Origin: Carcharhinus amblyrhynchos
Taxonomy: Eukaryota
Length of the DNA: 64,000 nucleotides
Direction of reading: 5' to 3'
Assembly: GCA_965287045.1 (NCBI GenBank)
Contig: OZ336882.1
Coordinates: 43,462,001 to 43,526,000 of the forward strand
The notes under the pieces were generated by a model. That model was not told where the DNA came from and searched no databases. It saw nothing but the letters and a program-made list of their open reading frames with translations. Below are positions 39,080-51,719 of this stretch, piece by piece (the first letter of the stretch is position 1; the number at the start of each line of letters is the position of its first letter). A program made the translations under genes and the position numbers.

Positions 39080-39890
39080 TTTTGAAAAGTCAAATATCCT
39101 GCAACGTTTAGTTCCCAAACATGGACACTCTATTCCCACATCTCTACCATGCTTGTTGGATCCAATCAATTTATTTATATCCATGCAATTAATTAATTTA
39201 TTTTGTTGTGATGTGGAGATGCTAGCGTTGGACTGGGGTGGGCACAGTAAGAAGTCTCACAACACCAGGTTAAAGCCCAACAGGTTTATTTGGAATCACA
39301 AGTTTTCGTAGTGCTGCTTTTCATCAAGTGAGTGTTTATTTTGTTGTGGATGCTTCATGCATTTAGGTAGAACACCTTCGGCAATAGCTTTTTTTTTAAC
39401 CTTTCTCCGATATCATCTTAGCTACTGTTGCTCTGTTACCTTCAATGAAATTTCTTTCCCTTCCTGCACATTCTTATTTTTTACTGAATATCTATTATGC
39501 TTGTCATTTCTCTTACTGCCTTTGGTTTTATGCATTCCTTAATTCTGCCACCACAAACCCATTTACCATTTCAATCATTCAATCAGGACAACCCAGGAGA
39601 TTAATTCCCTCTTTCTCAAGAACTGGCACCAATGCCGCATGAATTACAACAAATAACATAACTTGGCAGCAATTCTTTCAGCTTTTTATCCTTCCAATCT
39701 GTCATCCCTATGTAGATTTGTACTTGGTTCAGGTAATCATCCAGGGATTATTACCGGAGAGGTTCTGTATTTTTAATTTTGACAATAGCTCTGCAAACTC
39801 TCTCAGTAGAACCTCACTCCTAGTTCAACACTTGTTCCTACTTGGACCCTGCTAACTGGATTCTCCCACTCCCAGTCCAAGTTCTTCAGT
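39080..39890 (-). mobile_element. CR1 ORF1 (esterase-like)/ORF2 N-terminal remnant
   Basis: Minus-strand conceptual translation EVLLREFAELLSKLK..RTSPVIIPG*LPEP and FMRHWCQF..KREL (CR1 ORF1); WELNVAGY (APE N-terminus). Confidence 0.65.
39211..39334 (-). mobile_element. Penelope-like pLTR remnant
   Basis: Same family as 10654/28187/42024/63547; perfect 14-bp duplication TTTATTTTGTTGTG (39197-39210, 39335-39348). Confidence 0.88.
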
Positions 39891-42023
39891 CACAAGGATT
39901 GAACATTTGCACTGGGCAAACGACACAAACTTTATCTAGAAAGACATTTCATTATATTAAGTTAAAACACAATTTTCACCTAAGTTGGGACTCATGGATC
40001 AAAATGCACATTGTCTGTTTACATCAGGGATCTCAAATCAATTTCAGTCCGTATGAAGGACAACCGCCTCCCTGACTGGGTTGGGTTGTCTCCATGAAAT
40101 TGCTAATGGATACAAGTTCACAACACTAAACTTCCTGTTATTTTGTACTAACCGACATTTAGCTAACTATTTCTTGATGACGGACAGGATAATTTTGCTC
40201 CGCTGTATATAACACAGATGTGGCGAAGTAGAATGGAAGGCTTGTTACTCTACATCTGGCCCTCGTAAAGATAGCTAAGCTGTTGGAATTCAATCGCCAC
40301 CTTGAGTGCCTAGAGGTTAAAAGTTCCATTTTTATCTTGACAAGCTCAAAAATGCCAAAATCAAGAATTCTAAACTGACAATAAAAAAACTCAGAATTTA
40401 ATATTCTTTGTGGAGAAGTGATGTAATTGAGTTAGAAACAAGAATAATAAAATTTATACAGGTTAGTTACTCTTTCACATCTGTAGCTTTCATCATTTGG
40501 TTGATTTGAAGTAACCATCAATGTGGCTTTGAGAGTGGATGATCTGTTGTACTAGATTACTGCCCATTCTATGTAAATGAGAATACAAGCCTCTGTTTCA
40601 AAATATGCCTATTTTATGCTGGATAATTAATTTTCCCTCATCTCCTGAGTGCACTGACCGTTGTTCCAGTCTGGTTCCATAGATGATAACAAAGGCCACA
40701 GTGTTTTCAATGGGAAAGTTATCAGCTGGCAGGACCAAATGCTGGATCCCACACTGCATGGGCTGGCGTTTTATTGGCAGAGGCCATTTAAGAGGCCCAC
40801 TGTCCAGCTGACAATGGCAGCTCACCTACCAACTAGATGTCTAACAGTTTGACAGCACCACTGCTAAGGCTGTAGGAAGAAGAAGAGGATACCTCGCCAT
40901 GGAGGCATCCTCAAGGCAAGGCAAGTTATTTTAATTACTGTGCTAGAGCTAGGCAGACAGGCTTCAGTGAACACAGAGGTCCACCTTCCAGCAGCAGCGT
41001 GTATGTGTTAAGGCAACTATTGGATGACTTCCATGAGCCATTCATAAAGGAGGGCCCTCCCCAGCAGGAAACTGTTAACCTGCTCAACGCCCACTTTATT
41101 GATTGAGGTTCATGCCAATGATAATTGCTCCCTCCTGTCACCTTTCGCTGCCATTTTATGGGGCTTCCTGTCTCCAGACGGCTGGTAAAATCCAGTTCAA
41201 CCATTTGGTTGTTTGACCAAATGGTCATTCTTCACATGTCAGTCTGAAGTCAGTAAGAACAGAGTGTGGAATTATGGAGTACATCACATCAGATCCATGC
41301 TCGTAAAATTCACACTGGAGTCACTTAATTGAAACCACGAGTCGCACCTTGGTTGTTTTTTGCCCCTTCCTCATCCAAGATTAATTGTAGCATCTCAGCT
41401 CTTGCCCTGGTAATGCTTAGCTAGCTGAACAGAAATTGAATGTAGGACTTTTTGTTTGTTTGGTTTTGTGTTACACCACGCACACCATCACCCACTAAGG
41501 CAGCAAGGATTGACTACATTGACTTGAATTGGGTTGTTGAGTTCTTTGATGATTTATACTTTTGTTATTGGAAGTAACATATATATTATGTTACACATAC
41601 GTATTTGTTTAAAACATTAATGAAAACGTTTAGGGGAGGATGTTTCAGCTCCATCCACCACCGGGACCACCCGATCCCATTGAAAGTCAATGGACCTTTG
41701 ACTGGGTCACAGAATCTCCTGCGGTGGACCCTGCCCCAAAGGCAGAAAACTCCGACCCTGGGAGCCTGCGAGTAGTTAAGTGTTCAACTGATGCCATTTC
41801 TTCCTCAGAGTTAGATTCTACAGGCATTTATTATGCTTAGTTTAAGCGCACAGATACTCTCTTTGACAAATCTAACATTGATAAAATGCTGTAAAGATAG
41901 TGAAATAGGTGTGACATGTGGAAATGTGATTTGTTGTGGATGTTTTTATTAATTCATAAATGGTGGAAAAGGGAAAATTGCCATTGTTCCAGATGACCAT
42001 AGGCTGCTCTCCCCTTTGAGGGG

Positions 42024-42527
42024 ATAGTCATGATGTGCAGTTGCCAGTGTTGGACTGAAGTAGGCACAGTAAATAGTCTCACAACTCCAGGTTAAAGTCC
42101 AATAGGTTTATTTGGTAGCACAAGCTTTCAGAATGTTGCCCTTTCATCAAGTGAGTGAAGAGTTCGGTTCACAAACAGGGCAACACATGAGGACGACCTC
42201 AACTGGGATCTTGGGTTCATGTCACAATATTTGTAACCCCCACAACTTACCTGGGCTTGCAAAATCTCACTAACTGTCCTGGCTGGGAACAATTCACATT
42301 TCTTTAACCTGTGCTCTCTCCACTCACATTGCCTGTACCTGTAAAGACTTGATTACCTGTTAAGACTCACATTCCAACCATTATCTTGTAGTTGAGTTTG
42401 TGTCTATCTATGCCTTGTTTGTGAACCGAACGCTTCACTCAGCCAATGAAAGGGCAACGCTCCGAAAGCTCGTTCTACCAAATAAACCGGTTGGACTTTA
42501 ACCTGGTGTTGTGAGACTACTTACTGT
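42024..42527 (+). mobile_element. 5'-truncated Penelope-like element with inverted pLTR
   Basis: 42186-42236 encodes HEDDLNWDLGFMSQYL*, resembling the C-terminus of Penelope GIY-YIG ORFs; left arm is an inverted copy of the 3' terminus; flanking duplication (CC)TTTGAGGGG inside another repeat. Confidence 0.88.
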
Positions 42528-43973
42528 CCTTTTGAGGGGGAGAGCTGACTGGTGGTGATTTTAACCTGAGAATCACCACAGCTCCGGTGAGGGGTAGGTT
42601 GTGAAGGTGGGCTTTTATGAATAACATATTCAAGTACAGTTGACAGAAAGAATCCTATTAAGTACATGCATTCAGTATTGGAGTGGATTCAAGGTATTTG
42701 CATTTTATACCACATGCCAGTCAAAGATAGCTGCATTCAATGTCGATGTTCATTAGTATTTATCAGGGAGAACACATTTTACAAATTTGTAATGAACAGG
42801 ATGGATTGCGGACAAGTCGAGTACTGGCAGGTAAACAAATTATTAGAATATAAATAAATTATTGAGTTTAGAGTTCAGTATGTTCCTAGGCAGCAATTAT
42901 ATTATATTTTCATAGAATTGTAATTTAAAATTAGGCACTGCAAAGACAATATCAATTTTTAATAAGGTGAAAACACTTGGTAAAAATGCATATTTTTCAA
43001 GCTTGGATGATATCTCCAGAATAATAGATGGCGAATATAATTTACAATTCTGGATGTGATTCTGAGTTTCATCTGTGTATGCATAAATCTGATTTTAACA
43101 AAGGATATCACAGACATCCATAACTCATTCCTTGCCTGTCTGTTATTTCATGCAGTGGCCAAACAGGTGAACTGGGATGAATACTTTGGTTTTCAATTTA
43201 GATGTTGGCTTCAGCTCAGGAGTGAGAATGTGGAAAGTTCCTTCAATCAAACAATCTAACACAACCTGAGACTGATTAATGTACCATCAGCAAAGATTTA
43301 TGCATTGCCAGCCAAGGATCTGGCAGAAAAGAGCAGGTTCTCCTCTGATTTACTTCCTACCTTTGAGTTAGCTGTAAATTAGAGTAGATTCATTACCCTT
43401 GATGGGCTCCCGATCCTCTACATGAAAATGGGGTCAAGAGGACATGGCTAACACTGTCAACCCATTTTTCCCAAATTTCCACCTTCAAACCTATCTCAAA
43501 TGATTTGGATTATTAAATAAATGGCAGTCGGAATTTCAGCAAGGTTCTCTAACACAGACTTCGCCTTGTGAAGGACATTCTTTGAGTTACGACTGAAGGT
43601 TGATGTTACTTTGTCTGCATGATGACCTGTTTAACAATACATATAAAGGTTCAATCACTTCTTTTGCTGCTTGGTCTGCTCAACTACTACTGGATGTGGA
43701 TTTCCCAAAGTAAAACCTTCTATTCTTCTGCTATAAAAAGGAGATAGAGGATGAAAAAGCTGACTCGAATATCAGAATCAGGGATCACAGAAGTGATCTC
43801 ATTGGGATAACACTCATATAAAGCCTCCAGATTTTGAACCAAGATGCTTTCCTATCAGTGTCTCAGAGGGCTAGTCTTCTCCCTAGGGAAAGATGTCAAC
43901 TGTTTCAATTGGCAGAAGAGGAAAACAAATAAGATGTGTGACATGGCAGATAACAAATGCTCTGAAATCTTAC

Positions 43974-44116
43974 TTTAAGTGCCTGCAAAAATCTGGTGGA
44001 GTTCCATAACACAAATCAGTGATAATCTGAAGAATCATTATTGCATGCACAAAATGTTGAAGGCGTTGAAGATATCGAGAAGAGGGCTTCTGGATGGATT
44101 TCTCTTTCCCTCTCCT
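43974..44116 (-). other. Candidate orphan exon (143 nt)
   Basis: Pyrimidine-rich acceptor ...tctttttcattttgtatattgccgtcatgcag, donor AAA|GTAAGA, one open frame RRGKEKSIQKPSSRYLQRLQHFVHAIMILQIITDLCYGTPPDFCRHL; no recognised homology. Confidence 0.3.
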
Positions 44117-44208
44117 CTGCATGACGGCAATATACAAAATGAAAAAGATGCAGAACAGGCCGATCGCAGCCAAAGAAGTCAGCACATTTAAAGAAGAATG
44201 GTGGCATT

Positions 44209-44561
44209 GGGCGCCATGGTGGCACAGTGGTTGCCACTGCTGCCTCACAGCTCCAGGGATCTGGGTTCAATTCTGGCCTTGGGTCACTGTCTGTGTGAAG
44301 TTTGCACATTCTTCCCGTGACTGCATGGGTTTCCTCTGGGTGCTCCAGTTTTCTCCCACAATGCAAAGATGTACAGGTTAGCTGGATTGCCCTTGCTAAA
44401 TTGCCCCTTAGAGTCCCAGGATGTGTAAGTTAGATGAATTAGCCACAAAATGTGTGGGGTTACAGGGATCGGATTGGGGAAAAGGGTGAGAGAGTTGGTG
44501 CAGACTTGATGGGCTGAATGGCCTTCTGCACTGTGAGGACTCTATGATCTAGGATTCTATG
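44209..44561 (+). mobile_element. Full-length HE1/V-SINE-like SINE (tail A)
   Basis: ggtggcacagtggttg, gggttcaattc, V-domain, tail gggctgaatggccttctgcactgtgaggactctatga. Confidence 0.92.
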
Positions 44562-45944
44562 AACTGAAGCAAATAAAGTCACCTCACACTTGTTTTTCTT
44601 CTCACAACTTTTCATCTATACCTTCACAAAATCCGACACTTTTGAAGACTTGTCATTTTTTTTCAAATGTCTCTATTTCCTTTGTTATCATCTCAGCCCA
44701 CATAGACAGAAAACAGATGGAAATGAAGTCAGAACTGAAATGCACAAACTGTGTTTACTTTGTGGACAGCATCCATCAAAAAGTGCAAAAATTCCCAATT
44801 ACCCAAAGCACAATTCTTAAGATAATCTATGTGAGTTTGCAGAGTAGTTAAAGTTAAATGGTGCATGAAAATTGAGAAATTGCATTTTAAATTGTTGAGT
44901 TTCCTTGGTGCCCAGGTGCTGAGACAGAGAGAATGATAGGTTTGGAGGGACCTGGTGATGACTGGCAGGGGCATTGCTCATGGTGATTTAACAGATGCAA
45001 TCTTCTGTAACAAGCAGTTCTATGCCACCTGCTGAGTCTTCCCAGCATTTTCTATTTTTCTTTCGCATTCCGGCATCCACAGTATTTCACTTTCTGTTCT
45101 ATGCCATTGTTGCATTTCAGAATTTTCAACTCTTTAGCTCAGAAGAAATGTTTATTTTTGCCTCTGAAATGAAGAAATATGCAGACTTTTAGGGATTGAT
45201 TGTTTGATTCATATCTAGCACCCAGTTTGCCTGCTGGAAAAAAATTGTTTAGCTGCTCAAAGGAGTGCAAGGTATGAGCCTGGCTTGGAAATAATGAATG
45301 AGCTATTCATGTGTGGAAGAGACAAATTCAACTGACAAATCACAGTATATGTTAGTGGGGTTTCCAGATGGGCCCAGCTGAACACGTATTTTGCCAACTG
45401 GATTCAGGGAGACGGTCAAGTCAAATAATGCATTTAGTTCGCTAACCAGGAAGTATACTTTGTTATTTTTGGTTACAGAGTTGAATATACAATAAGTTGA
45501 AATTCATTGAGAATGTCACTATTCACTGAAATGTGTATAATAAATCAGTGCACTTGACCTCTTTTCAGTACAGTAGACATCAATCCACCTTTTTAGCATG
45601 TCAAAGGAATTTACCATGGAGGAAGATTCCAATAAACATTTCATATGACAATGTGGTTTTATTGTTACAATCCCTGATTTGCATTGCTCCAAGACTAGGT
45701 GCTGGGCTATAAAAGTGCAGAACATTTTGGCAGAGAGATTATTGTGATCAAATATAACACAAAGCTATGATTTGGCATGCAATGATTAACAGGGAGATTA
45801 ACAGCTTAAAATTGGTCCTTAACACTCCAACACCTGAAATACTTTGAAGGTCAGGTTGACAGCGAACGATTTGCAGTTGCTCCAGGCATTTGCCTGAGAA
45901 GGAAAAAAAGTCTTGCATGATATAGTGTAATTTTCATACAGTGA

Positions 45945-46237
45945 AGTCCCACAGATAGCAATGTGATAATGATCAGATAAACTGAGTTTTGGTAGTGCTG
46001 TTTGAGGGATAAATATTGGCAAAGGCACAGAAGATAAATCCCTATTCTTGACAGTAGTTCCAAGGGATCCTGAGAGCAAAGATTGGACACTGGTTTAAGA
46101 ATTCATCCAAAAGATACCTCCTTTGGCACACCAACACACCATTGAGTGTCAGCCTAGATTTTTATGCCAAGTCTTTGAGTTGGGATACGATCCCACAACC
46201 TTCTGACTCAGACGTAAGATGCTACCAACTGAGCCAT
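45945..46237 (-). mobile_element. SacSINE1/Deu-SINE-like element
   Basis: Minus strand atggctcagttggtagcatcttacgtctgagtcagaaggttgtgggatcg (tRNA head), then aatatttatccctcaa...atcattatcacattgctatctgtggga. Confidence 0.8.
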
Positions 46238-46306
46238 AATAATAACATGCCAATGTGTGGTCTAAAACCACACCCTTCAGCAAAAATAGTCAGCACAGAA
46301 CACAGT

Positions 46307-47681
46307 GGGCCCTATTTTACCATTTGATTTTAAGTGCTGGGCGGACTTGAAACGAGAAATGTTTCAGATCTGATTTAAAAATGAGGTAGACCCGTTCTCA
46401 GATGCCCCCATGTGCAATCTGCCTGAAAAAATATCAGCGATTCCGAATCGCACTGCACATGCCTGTGGGCACGGCTTAACGTGCCTGAAATCCTGCAGTT
46501 CTGATCGGCACCTCCAACTGCGCATACGCAGAAAAAAAAGATAGAATGCAGCTGCCCTGCGGGACTGCTCCTGGGCTGGATAATGCCTCCCCCTGGCCCC
46601 CACAGACATTGCCCCATCCCCACAAAATTACTGATTCCCCTATCCCCACACCCCCTCTGGCACTCAGGCTGATTGCTGGCTCTTCCCCCCTTTCCCCTCA
46701 CTGTTCGCAGGCACAGTGGTAGCAGACCCCCCCACTTCCCCCTCACTGATCACAGGCAGAGTGGCAGTGAACACTCCTTCTCCCTCACTGATGTCAGTGG
46801 TGTGGCAGCGGACCCCCCCCCTTCCACTCCCCCATTGATCTCAGGTAGCGTGGCAGCGGATCCTCTTCGTTCTCCCCCACTGATCACAGGCAGAATGGCA
46901 ATGGACACCCTCCCCACCCTCACCAATCTCAAGCAAGAACCATGGGATCCAACTTTTCTCCCCCCACTGATCACAGACAGCTGTCAGATTTCCCCCACTC
47001 CCCTGCCCCACCACCACTGATCTCAAGCAGAGAGCTATTGGATGTTCGGCACTTACAGTTAGAATGTAACCGGTGACAACTTTTGAATTGGATGTAGTGT
47101 GACCAATGGTAACAAGATGTAAGGGTCAGCTGACCCAATAAACCATGGAACAAATTACAGAGTGATGTAATAGTCAGTTGAACAGCTAACTCACTATAAA
47201 TAAGAATCTGCACAGATTTATGGGAAGCTTGGAATGGCCCAAAGTTAGGCCCCAGGTTTGGAGTAATGTTTTTTTATTAAATCCATTCTTTGATTCATCA
47301 GTCGGAATAAGTTTTGTTCTATTTTCATTGTCTGCATTTGAAGAGTTACTTCTGATGAAACACTTACCTCCCCACAAACTGGAGCGCCTGAATCGGACTT
47401 TTGTGGAGCATTCTGTTTTGTGTCAACTCTGGATGGGTGAATGTGGTGGTAAAGAGGGAAGTGCCAGTAAGGTTGGGCGTGCAGCCCATTAAATCAATTT
47501 AATGCATTTAAATGGCTGTCTCGACCATTATGCACGTAGTCCCGATCGTAGCCATTTTCAGGCCTTGGTAAAGGGGGAACCGGAGTGGAGGCAGGTACGG
47601 ATAGCGTTACTCGCCTAACGCCCAACACGACCAAGTTTTTGCGCCCAAAAACGGGCGTAACTCAATGGTAAAATCAGGCCA
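46307..47681. mobile_element. Large non-autonomous PIF/Harbinger-like element
   Basis: TIRs gggccctattttaccatt / aatggtaaaatcaggcca (15/18); 3-bp duplication AGT (46304-46306, 47682-47684); internal diverged ~50-bp tandem array at 46690-47030. Confidence 0.8.
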
Positions 47682-48126
47682 AGTAACTTCCAATTTACTT
47701 TGCTCAGATGTTGGTCGCATTATTGTGGACTTGATATCAAAAAATATTTCTCCTTTACTTAGTTTCCTATACAACTAAGAGGATTCTGAAGCCACAGCAG
47801 GGCCACAGTTGCTTCACTCCTCTTGTTCTACCCCATTCCCACACTTCCAGGCCTTATCCTGGTTCTGTTTTGGACAAGGCAAGCACTCCAAATTGTACAG
47901 GGCTATTGGGATAAGCGAGCCCTAACCTGTCATGCATCAGCAACCACTTCAATTATCAAGAGGAAGCCTGCAACCAATTTGGGATCAGCCTCGGTCCATC
48001 CGTTTCATGCATTTTGCTGTTCAGTATGAGCTCCTGAATTCTTACTCCGATATGCTTTCTTCCAATTTCACAACTGTTCGATTTTCTGTGAAAAGGGTAA
48101 ATTTATGAGCTCAATTACTGTTATAT

Positions 48127-48484
48127 TCATAGAAGCGGTATAGTGCAGAAGGAGGCCATTTGGCCCATTGAGTTCACACCGACTCTTTGACAGAGTATCC
48201 CACCCAGTTCCTTATCCTCACACATTCACCCCGCTAATCCCCCTAACCACACACACACACACACACACATACCCCTTTGGATACTAAGAGGCAACTTGGC
48301 ATGGCCAGTCCATCTAAACTGCACATCATCAGACTGTGGGAGGAAACCAAAGCACCAGAAGGAAACCCACACAGACACAGGGGAAAATGTGCAAACTCCA
48401 CAAACAGTTAGCTAAGGCAGGAATAGAACCTGGGTTCCCGATGCTGTGCGGCAGCAGTGCTAACCACTGCGCCACTATGCTGCC
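48127..48484 (-). mobile_element. HE1/V-SINE-like SINE (tail A) with internal (CA)n
   Basis: Head ggcagcatagtggcgcagtggttagcac, V-domain, tail gggccaaatggcctccttctgcac; (CA)n at ~48248-48270. Confidence 0.9.
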
Positions 48485-51400
48485 TGCATTATTTATTAAT
48501 AAGTGGCTCTTAACTTGAATATCGCCCTTGATCTATTCACTTTTTTAGCTCTTATGTTTTAAAAGCTAAGTGAAAAGCAAGATGGTATACAAGAGAAACA
48601 ACTTAGACGGAAGCAATAAGTGAACATTGAGGAAGAGGGAATCATTAAAATCGTGAAGGAATTATGTTGAAAACATGTGGTAGACAAAACACTTTTATTA
48701 CAGAAGGTGAACTTAGATGACAAATGCCCTTGACCTATCATTAAATCTAGGTCATATGATATCCGTGAACTATTCTATTTTATGTATTATTCAATTTATG
48801 ACTTTCTTCAGTATATTAATGGTTTTTACTTTGACCAAAGGTTTCTCATGTGACATTTTATCAAGTTCTTTTTGAAATTCAAGATAAACAATCCCTGCTG
48901 AAGAAGCAGAAAAGAAGAATGACATTAAAAGGTACAATGGTGCATAATTTGGCATTAAATGTGGAAAATTACAACAAAGTAATCACCTCATTCTGACATA
49001 GGACTTCAAAGTCTACAGCGCAATGATATGATACTTAGATAATCAGAAGGATAAATTGCCTTCGACAAAGTAATTTGTTTCACGTCCCTCATGTTTCTTT
49101 GTTTGTGGCTTATGATTTTTGAAATGATGCAGCTTATCCTCCTGTGATTTGGTTTCTTGCTCTGGGTTTACACTGCATTATTTTTTGGCCCCTGAGGTAG
49201 AACTCTCAAACCTGAAACACAAATGGTTGGGAAGAATACATCCGCACATCCCCCAAAGCAGTTTTGAATAGAATTGGTTTGCATTATCTCAAATATTTAA
49301 ATTGACACACTGCATCTGTCTGCAAAGGTATCAAGCAGAGGCAGCTTGAGGGGCAGCCAGTGGGACAGCTCAATGCCTGAAGGTGGTCAAAGATCACAAC
49401 AATACTACATTTAGAGAATGGGAAGACTGCATGACACAATACAATGGCACAACAGTTTTGAAGCAATGCTCTTTAGTAATTAGATATCTTGGCTAAAATT
49501 TGACCCTCAGTGTAATAAGTCCTCAGAGGCAGAAGTTCCTTCACCAAGATCCCTCTTTTTACAAGTCTGCTAACAGCACACAGAGTACTTTCAGTCAGCA
49601 GTCCATACTAGGAGTTCCAGAGGAACCAACACTCCCGGCTAAGTACAAAGCAAGAGGCTCCCTGATTGGCTCATCAATTTGGCCCTTAATCAGGGAGTTC
49701 ATATTGTAACAGGCCAACCTCAACTGCCTGATTAAAGTCATTACACTCAGTTTACTGGTTTCCTTTTTCTCAAACAGCAATTCCGTGCTTAAAGTTGTAG
49801 TTATATTCCTGAGAAGTGCAACATTAAATGAAATAATGTTAAGCGAATCATTTTTTTCCCACTTTAACCTTTGCAAAAGCTGTGGTTCTGTAGGAACTTA
49901 CTTGTCAGAAACAAACATTGAAACATTTCACCCTCAAAGCTGAAATACTGTACATTCCTAAATTAATCTATTTGTAATGACTTTCAAAATAAAAGTACGT
50001 TAACTCTTTCTACTTACCTCCACACACACTACCTCTCCCACTCCCCTATCCTACTGTTCACCAATCTTGCCGCTTGTTGCTCATCCCATTCCCTAATACT
50101 CCTACTCGCCACCTCTCCCGCTCACCAACTTTCCTTGTACCCAACCCTGCCTCTCCTCCTTATCACTTCTCTCTTCCATTCCCTCTCGCATGTCACTTTC
50201 CTCTTCCAAATGCTCAGTGACAACAAGGACTAAGAGGGACTGGGAGAGGAAGAAAGACAGCCAGGGAATGAGAGGAGCTATGAGTGGGAGGGTCATGGAG
50301 TGAAGCAGCGAGCGGGAGTGCTAAGGAGCAGGAGGGTTGGGCAGCAAGCAGGAAGGTCAACGATTGGGCAAATGAGCACACTGAAGTGTTGGATAGTAGA
50401 ATGGGCAATGAACAGGAGGATCAACAGAGGGGTGGATTTGTGAACGGGAAGTTCAGAGGACAGGAGGATGAGCGGCAGGACGGTGAGGGGTAGGAAGGTG
50501 AGGGAGCAGAAGGCACAGGGTCAGGAAGGTCAGGAGGGTGGGGGAAAAGGAGGGTTGGGGGCAGGAGGGTCAATGCTTTTGGGGTTTGTCAAATATATTT
50601 TAAACTGCTTTCTGAAATGCATATAATCCAGCTGGCGTCACTAAGTATTATGTAATATGACCACATGTTAAGTTATTCGTCCTTTCATGTCATATTATCT
50701 AAATATATTATTTATCTAAAATGATTTAGTTTTCTGTCAAATAAATTAAGCATTTAATTTTTGTCTAAATTTTTATTAACATAAATGCCTATTAACAGTA
50801 AAATCTGTGCTCTTATTAAAACCATCAACTTGACAGCAAAATGACAGTACCTTAATCACACCAACTATATAGCCACTGATTCAAATAAGCCAATTTAGTA
50901 TCCCCGATAATAGTCAGGTAATTAGCCATATTCCACGAGGAACTGTAGGCATCTTTCTCTCTGCTGGAGAGAGACAATCGGTTACATAGCTGAGGGGCAC
51001 AAATACTTGGCAACAAATATGGAGCAAGTGAGAAGACAGGTCCCAACTCTACCCCAGCTGGAACAGAAATGGAGCCTGCACTGTTGGTGCTATTCTAAAC
51101 CACGTCATAGACCAGTGGATTCCTGGCTACTCACTTTTACAAACTGGCGGCCCCACGTGATCTATTGACCAGGCAAGCTGCAGTACTGCTGCTACAGTCA
51201 CAATCTAAATGGGATTTGCTGTACAGGCAGTGAGGTCTGAGAATTTTGTGGTCAGCCAAATCTCTGTTCACCGTGGCAGGATGGGAAAATCCCACTGGTG
51301 TGAATGGTGGTAAAATGCTAGACAATGTTTTGGAAACTCAACTGTTCCTTTAAAATGTGCATATTATGGACTGATTAAAATACTTACCTCGTTCACCTTA

Positions 51401-51719
51401 AGACTGGAAACATAGGAACATTCCCAATTTGGACTGAACAGTGTAAGGAACTTATAATTCCTCCTCACTCAGTTGCATTCAGAATGATTTAGGGCATGTG
51501 TACCTTGGGCAATGTTTTGCAATTATACAAACGTTATTGGTTCTCAATAATATTAAGAGGATGGCAGCATTAATTTTTCCAAAAACAATGTGCAGTACAA
51601 GCCTAAAGTATTGAATAAATCAGGTTACTCTTTTATAATCTAACACATTTTTGCTAAGGAAAGTCAGGCAGCAGAAATAAGCTGCCAAATATACTGTCCA
51701 GTCATTTCTATTTACACAG

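Noticed and set aside
44209-44290. tRNA genes at SINE heads (also near 14696, 35732, 37878, 46237, 48484, 52330, 56097)
   Set aside because: A/B boxes run straight into SINE body sequence with no complete cloverleaf.
50214-50493. Charged-residue ORFs in a purine-rich tract
   Set aside because: Compositional bias explains the open frames on both strands.
51383-51440. Strong minus-strand donor GAG|GTAAGT with a possible micro-exon (similar donor near 50015)
   Set aside because: No convincing acceptor or recognisable reading frame; such motifs occur by chance in 64 kb.
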